A stretch of DNA of 32,960 nt. Source: a bacterium (GTDB lineage Bacteria > Patescibacteriota > Minisyncoccia > UBA6257 > GWB1-50-10). A program made the position numbers and the translations under genes. Under the pieces are notes generated by a model. That model worked only from the letters and a program-made list of their open reading frames with translations, was not told the DNA's origin and did not search any database. The stretch's first letter is position 1. Each line of letters starts with the position of its first letter. This document shows positions 31,163 to 32,960 of the stretch, piece after piece. The stretch covers positions 1 to 32,960 of the forward strand of contig DAIDBF010000049.1 of the NCBI GenBank assembly GCA_027310235.1, given 5' to 3'.

Positions 31163-32960
31163 ATGCCAAACGAGGAAGCGGATAAGGACGTCGTCTATTT
31201 TGCGAAGACGAATTTTCGGAACTCGAACCGACTTTTCGGTATCAGGCGGAAAGATCGTCGTCAACACACGTATATCATCGGAAAGACCGGTACCGGTAAG
31301 TCCGCGCTTTTGAACAACTTAATTGTGCAGGATATCGCAAACGGCGAAGGACTTTGCGTTGTGGATCCGCATGGAGAACTTATCGAGGACATCCTTCACA
31401 AGATTCCGGAGGAGCGGATGAAGGACGTCGTGTACTTCAATCCTGCGGACACCGATTTTCATCTCGGATTCAATGTCTTGGAGCTCCCCGATCCGAAGTA
31501 TAAACACCTTGTTGCGTCGGGTCTCATGGGTATTTTCACGAAGATCTGGTCGAACGTATGGTCGGCGAGAATGGAATATATTTTGAATAACGCGATTCTC
31601 GCCCTTCTCGATACTCCGGGAAGTACACTTCTCGGCATCACGCGGCTTCTCGTTGACAAAGAGTATCGCGGAAAGATCGTTTCGAACCTCAAAGACCCCG
31701 TCGTCAAAGCGTTCTGGGTGAACGAGTACGAGGAGTGGCGGGATCAGTTCAGAAACGAGGCAATCGCTCCTATTCAAAACAAGGTAGGCCAGTTCCTTTC
31801 GACTTCGGTGGTTCGAAACATTGTGGGACAAGCGAAAAGCACCTTCGATATTTTCGAAATCATGAATTCGGGAAAAATCTTTCTCGTGAACGTGTCAAAA
31901 GGAAGGATCGGTGAAGATAACTCGGCGCTTTTGGGCGCGATGCTTATCACGAAGATTCAACTCTCCGCGATGGAACGCGTGCGCGTCCCGGAAGAAGAGC
32001 GTGTCGATTTTTTCCTCTATGTCGACGAGTTTCAGAACTTCGCGACCGATTCGTTCGCGAGCATTCTCTCCGAAGCGAGAAAGTACCGACTTGATCTCGT
32101 ACTTGCGCACCAGTACGTGGGACAACTCGTGACGGACGTCTCGACCAAGGTGCGCGACGCGGTATTTGGGAACGTCGGAACGATGATTGTGTTCAGGGTG
32201 GGCGCGGCTGACGCGGAGTTTTTGGAGAAAGAGTTCGAACCGGAGTTCCTTCCGGAAGATTTCGTGAATCTTCCGAACTACAACATTTATTTGAAACTGA
32301 TGGTAAACGGCGTCACGAGTCGTCCTTTTTCCGCCGCCACGCTTCCGCCTTTTAAGTTGAGCACCTCCGAGGATATAGAACAAAAAATCATCGAATATTC
32401 GAGAAAGCACTACGCGCGCCCGCGATGGGTGGTCGAGGAAGAAATCAACAAATGGACCGGCGTCATGGGGCCGAGTGAAGGACAGTTCGAGGTGACGTGT
32501 TCGTCGTGCGGCAAGCAGACGACCGTGCCATTCGAACCAGAGGAAGGTCGTCCGGTGTACTGTAAGGACTGCCTTGCAAAGATAAAGTCGGGCGAGATGA
32601 AGCCGGTACGAATGGCGCCGCGGGAATCGAAGGATGGCGGCCGGCCGCGGGAACAGCAATATGCCGCGCTTGCGGGCCTCGGTATCGAGTTTGAGGAACA
32701 TCCGGAACGATCGGCGGAACGAAAACAAGAAAGAAACGGCGAGGCGCAAGAAAAACCCCACCGCCCCTCGAATCATTTCCAGGAAAGAAAAGAGCAGAAG
32801 GTTGAAGAACGACCGAAGACGACGTTCGAGGAGGAGTCTGTGGTTGCTCCGCAGCCCGAAACGCCGGCGCTTTCGCTCCACGCGCTTGAGACGGGTTCCG
32901 GTGCCGAAGCAAAGAAGAAAGAAGAATCGGAAGAAGTATTGGATGTGGAAGAGCTCCGAA
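31163..32960 (+). CDS. VirD4/TraD/TraG-like P-loop ATPase, paralogue 2, with C-terminal zinc ribbon and charged tail (3' end outside window)
   Basis: This ORF is absent from the ORF track because no stop falls in the window; my manual translation is open from ATG 31163 to the window end. It has IIGKTGTGKS, FFLYVDEFQN and ILSEARKYRLDLVLAHQYVGQL, and is clearly paralogous to 18081-19526. It adds VTCSSCGKQTTVPFEPEEGRPVYCKDCL (32498-32572) and an E/K/R-rich tail. Confidence 0.85.
   Translation, partial: MPNEEADKDVVYFAKTNFRNSNRLFGIRRKDRRQHTYIIGKTGTGKSALLNNLIVQDIANGEGLCVVDPHGELIEDILHKIPEERMKDVVYFNPADTDFHLGFNVLELPDPKYKHLVASGLMGIFTKIWSNVWSARMEYILNNAILALLDTPGSTLLGITRLLVDKEYRGKIVSNLKDPVVKAFWVNEYEEWRDQFRNEAIAPIQNKVGQFLSTSVVRNIVGQAKSTFDIFEIMNSGKIFLVNVSKGRIGEDNSALLGAMLITKIQLSAMERVRVPEEERVDFFLYVDEFQNFATDSFASILSEARKYRLDLVLAHQYVGQLVTDVSTKVRDAVFGNVGTMIVFRVGAADAEFLEKEFEPEFLPEDFVNLPNYNIYLKLMVNGVTSRPFSAATLPPFKLSTSEDIEQKIIEYSRKHYARPRWVVEEEINKWTGVMGPSEGQFEVTCSSCGKQTTVPFEPEEGRPVYCKDCLAKIKSGEMKPVRMAPRESKDGGRPREQQYAALAGLGIEFEEHPERSAERKQERNGEAQEKPHRPSNHFQERKEQKVEERPKTTFEEESVVAPQPETPALSLHALETGSGAEAKKKEESEEVLDVEELR

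Noticed and set aside
31895-32912. Minus-strand ORFs of 328 aa (31895-32881) and 149 aa (32463-32912)
   Set aside because: They lie antisense to the open-ended ATPase paralogue 2, which has unmistakable Walker A/B motifs and aligns with 18081-19526. Their translations are Arg/Pro/Leu-rich and of low complexity.

Overview
This is a gene-dense bacterial window. Every convincing gene but one lies on the + strand, and I found no rRNA, tRNA, CRISPR array, transposase or integrase. The gene content suggests a small-genome Patescibacteria/CPR-type organism, but that is inference only. The supporting genes are a DUF5652-like mini membrane protein, a sigma-region-4 + HARE-HTH protein, soluble VirD4/TraD-like ATPases, an M23 peptidase, SecDF and Tgt, together with many starts lacking a Shine-Dalgarno sequence. 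Bases 1-15.9 kb are mostly housekeeping: a UDG-like fragment, a frameshifted NUDIX gene, a UvrD/PcrA helicase, a glutaredoxin-like protein, an HlyD-type adaptor, a PD-(D/E)XK nuclease, an FAD oxidase, tgt, the M23 peptidase, secD/secF and an HTH protein. From about 16 kb the content is accessory or unknown: a 2-TM protein, a membrane-anchored HEPN-like protein, a soluble T4CP-like ATPase, cutA and a small TM protein. The main finding follows at 20340-31055. It is a 10.7-kb tandem array of six intact, strongly diverged paralogues (550-607 aa). They are Cys-rich, carry several zinc-ribbon modules, have no signal peptide or TM segment, and match no family I can name. They alternate between two subtypes, giving three B-A gene pairs plus a 120-nt scar of a fourth pair. 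The junctions carry conserved palindromes, and the array is closed by a second paralogue of the T4CP-like ATPase. Separately, the window carries unusually many long palindromic, structured elements (150-220 nt), one of them in frame inside tgt. It also has two copies of a roughly 120-nt inverted-repeat element with divergent interiors, an in-frame TAG in secD, and an extreme AT-rich spacer.
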